Assembly: GCA_964016885.1 (NCBI GenBank)
Contig: OZ024740.1
Span: 7,874,001 to 7,938,000, forward strand
From: Eledone cirrhosa
Taxonomy: Eukaryota
Reading direction: 5' to 3'
DNA: 64,000 nt
The notes under the pieces are model-generated. The model saw only the letters and a list, made by a program, of their open reading frames with translations, made no database searches and was not told where the DNA came from. The position numbers and the translations under genes are program-made. Every line of letters begins with the position of its first letter. Position 1 is the stretch's first letter. Below, one piece after another: positions 60,742-64,000 of the stretch.

Positions 60742-61100
60742 CAAAATACACACCGTCCCGCCACCACCCCCACCCATCCACACCACCCCGTCCTATGTAA
60801 AGTTATGTTGGTGCCGCGCCATCCAGGCCGAAACAAATGAGATTGTGTAGGTGTCACGACAAAAAAACACACAGTCCACGCTGTAATGTGGCCGTGTAGG
60901 CAACACGGTAAAAACCTCCCAGACCCACACTGTAAATGTGGTTGGTGTTAGGAAGGGCATCCAACTGTAGAAAACCTGCCAGACAGTCCTATGCGAGCAA
61001 GACAATCACTCTTGCCTCAAGTGGGACTACGCCCGTCCAAACCCATGCAAGCGTGGAACACGGACGTTAAACGTTGATGATGATGATGATGATGATGATG
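57575..61100 (+). mobile_element. RTE subfamily A, nearly full coding length, lacking the 5' UTR, flanked by ATGTCA
   Basis: Begins CAAATTCACC (equivalent to 24639); tail 61075-61100; ATGTCA at 57571 and 61098; empty paralogous site at 55409. Confidence 0.96.
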
Positions 61101-64000
61101 TCAGTTTCTATTGGTATGTCAGTTTCTATTGGTATATCAGTTTTGATTGGTATATCAGTTTCGATTGGTATGTCAGTTTCTATTGTTATGTCAGTTTCGA
61201 TTATTATATCATTAACTATTGGTATGTCAATGTCGATTGTTATGTCAGTTTCGATTGGTATATCAGTTTCTATTGGTATGACAGTTCCGATTGGTATATC
61301 AGTTTCGATTGGTATGTCAGTTTGGATTGGTATGTCAGTTCCGATTGGTATGTCAGTCTCAATTGGTATATCAGTTTCAATTGGTATATCAGTTTCGATT
61401 AGTATATCAGTTTCGATTGTTACATCAGTTTCGATTGGTATGTCAGTTTTTATTGGTATATCAGTTTCTATTGGTATGTCAGTTTCGATTGGTATGTCAG
61501 TTTCGATTGGTATGTCAATTTCGATTGATATATCAGTTTCGATTAGTATGTCAGTTTCTATTGGTATATCAGTTTCGATTGGTATATCAGTTTCGATTGG
61601 TATGTCAGTTTCGATTGGTATATCAGTTTCGATTGGTATGTCAGTTTCGATTAGTATATCAGTTTCTATTGGTATGTTAGTTTTGATTGGTATGTCAGAT
61701 TCTATTGGTATATCAGTTTCGATTGGTATATCAGTTTCGATTGGTATATGAGTTTCTATTGGTATATCAGTTTCGATTGGAATGTCAGTTTCGATTGGTA
61801 TATCAGTTTTGATTAGTATGTCAGTTTCTATTGATACATCAGTTTCGAATGGTATATCAGTTTCGATTGGTATGTCAGTTTCGATTGGTATATCAGTTTC
61901 TATTGGTATATCAGTTTCTATTGGTATGTCAGGTTTGATTTGTATATCTGTTTCGATTGGTATATCAGTTCTATTGGTATGTCAGTTTCGATTATTATAT
62001 CAGTTACTATTGGTATCTCAGTTTTGATTGGTATGTCAGTTTCGATTGGTATATCAGTTTCGATTGGTATGTCAGTTTCTATTGGTATATCAGTTTCTAT
62101 TGGTATGTCAGTTTCTATTGGTATGTCAGTTTCTATTGGTATATCAGTTTTGATTGGTATATCAGTTTCGATTGGTATATCAGCTTCGATTGGTATATCA
62201 CTTTCGATTGGTATGTCAGTTTCTATTGGTATGTCAGTTTCGATTGGTATGTCAGTTTCTATTGGTATATCAGTTTGGATTGATATATCAGTTTCGATTA
62301 GTATGTCAGTTTGTAATGGTATGCCAGTTTTGATTAGTATATCAGTTTCTATTGGTATGTCAGTTTCGATTGGTATGTCAGTTTCGATTGGTATGTCAGT
62401 TTCGATTGGTATGTCTGTTTCTATTGGTAGATCAGTTACGATTGGTATGTTAGTCCTCGATTTCTATGTCAGTTTCTATTGGTATATCAGTTTCGATGGG
62501 TATGTCAGTTTCTATTGGTATATCAGTTTCTATTGGTATGTCAGTTTCGATTATTATATCAGTTACTATTGGTATCTCAGTTTCTATTGGTATGTCAGTT
62601 TCGATTGGTATATCAGTTTCGATTGGTATATCAGTTTCAATTGGTATATCAGTTCCTATTGGTATGTCAGTTTTGATTGGTATATCAGTTTCGATTGTTA
62701 CGTCAGTTTCGATTGGTATATCAGTTTCGATAGGTATATCAGTTTCGATTGGTATATCAGTTTCTATTGGTATATCAGTTTCTATTGGTATGTCAGTTTT
62801 GATTGGTATATCAGTTTCTATTAGTATGTCACTTTTGATTGGTATGTCAGTTTCGTTTGGTATATCAGTTTCGATAGGTATATCAGTTTCGATTGGTATG
62901 TCAGTTTTGATTGGTATAACAGTTTCGATTGCTATATCAGTTTCTGTTGGATTGTCAGTTTCGATTATTATATCAGTTACTATTGGTATGTCAGTTTCGA
63001 TTGGAATGTCAGTTTCGATTGGTATGTCAGTTTCTATTGGTATATCTGTTTTTATTGGTATGTCAGTTGCGATTAGTATATCAGTTTCTATAGATATGTA
63101 AGTTTCTATTGGTATATCAGTTTTGATTGGTATATCAGTTTCGATTGGTATGTCAGTTTCGATTGGTATGTCAGTTTCTATTGGTATATCAGTTTCGATT
63201 GATATATCAGTTTCGATTAGTATGTCAGTTTCTAATGGTATGTCAGTTTCGATTAGTATATCAGTTTCTATTGGTATGTCAGTTTCTATTGGTATGTCAG
63301 TTTCTATTGGTATATCAGTTTTGATTGGTATATCAGTTTCGATTGGTATGTCAGTTTCGATTGGTATGTCAGTTTCTATTGGTATATCAGTTTCGATTCG
63401 TATATCAGTTTCGATTGATATATCAGTTTCAATTAGTATGTCAGTTTCTAATGGTATGTCCGTTTCGATTAGTATATCAGTTTCTATTGGTATGTCAGTT
63501 TCGATTGGTATGTCAGTTTCGATTGGTATATCAGTTTCGATTAGTATATCAGTTTCGATTGTTATATCAGTTTCGATTGGTATGTCAGTTTCTATTGGTA
63601 TATCAGTTTCTATTGGTATGTCAGTTTTGATTGGTATGTCAGTTTCGATTGGTATATCAGTTTCGATTGGTATGTCAGTTTCGATTAGTATATCAGTTTC
63701 TATTGGTATGTTAGTTTTGATTGGTATGTCAGATTCTATTGGTATATCAGTTTCGATTGGTATATCAGTTTCGATTGGTATATGAGTTTCTATTGGTATA
63801 TCAGTTTCTACTGGTATGTCAGTTTTGATTGGTATATCAGTTTCGATTAGTATGTCAGTTTCGATTGGTATGTCAGTTTCGATTGGTATATCAGTTTCGA
63901 TAGGTATACCAGTTTCAATCAGTATGTCAGTTTTGATTGGTATAACAGTTTCTATTGCTATATCAGTTTCTATTGGATTGTCAGTTTCTATTGGTATGTC
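61098..64000 (+). repeat. 18-bp satellite array (block 3), continues beyond the window
   Basis: 18-bp periodicity; start is paralogous to about 55409-55700. Confidence 0.98.

Noticed and set aside
1-64000. CRISPR-like array
   Set aside because: Monomers are contiguous with no unique spacers, there are no cas genes, and the context is eukaryotic.

Overview
Eukaryotic (animal) heterochromatin-like window with no host genes. About 47 kb is one 18-bp tandem satellite (consensus TCAGTTTC[G/T]ATTGGTAT[G/A]) organised into kb-scale higher-order repeats; nearly all of the long ORFs in the track are artefacts of this satellite. The array is interrupted by seven pieces of RTE-clade non-LTR retrotransposons from two subfamilies, called A and B here. 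They have a single APE+RT ORF, a C4HC3 PHD finger inside the RT and (GAT)n tails. Main observations: (1) all four RTE tails that meet the satellite do so at the same phase and strand of the 18-mer, which suggests a satellite-targeting RTE system; (2) a 5-kb inverted block (15022-20062) is a circularly permuted RTE+satellite unit; (3) an 8.45-kb non-satellite island (23790-32244) ends in an RTE tail at that same phase and its flanks rejoin seamlessly; (4) a 123-bp-arm hairpin has 11 G.T and 0 A.C pairs and a hammerhead-like core. The repeat content is reminiscent of octopus genomes, but that is from memory and unverified. All coordinates and counts were read by eye.
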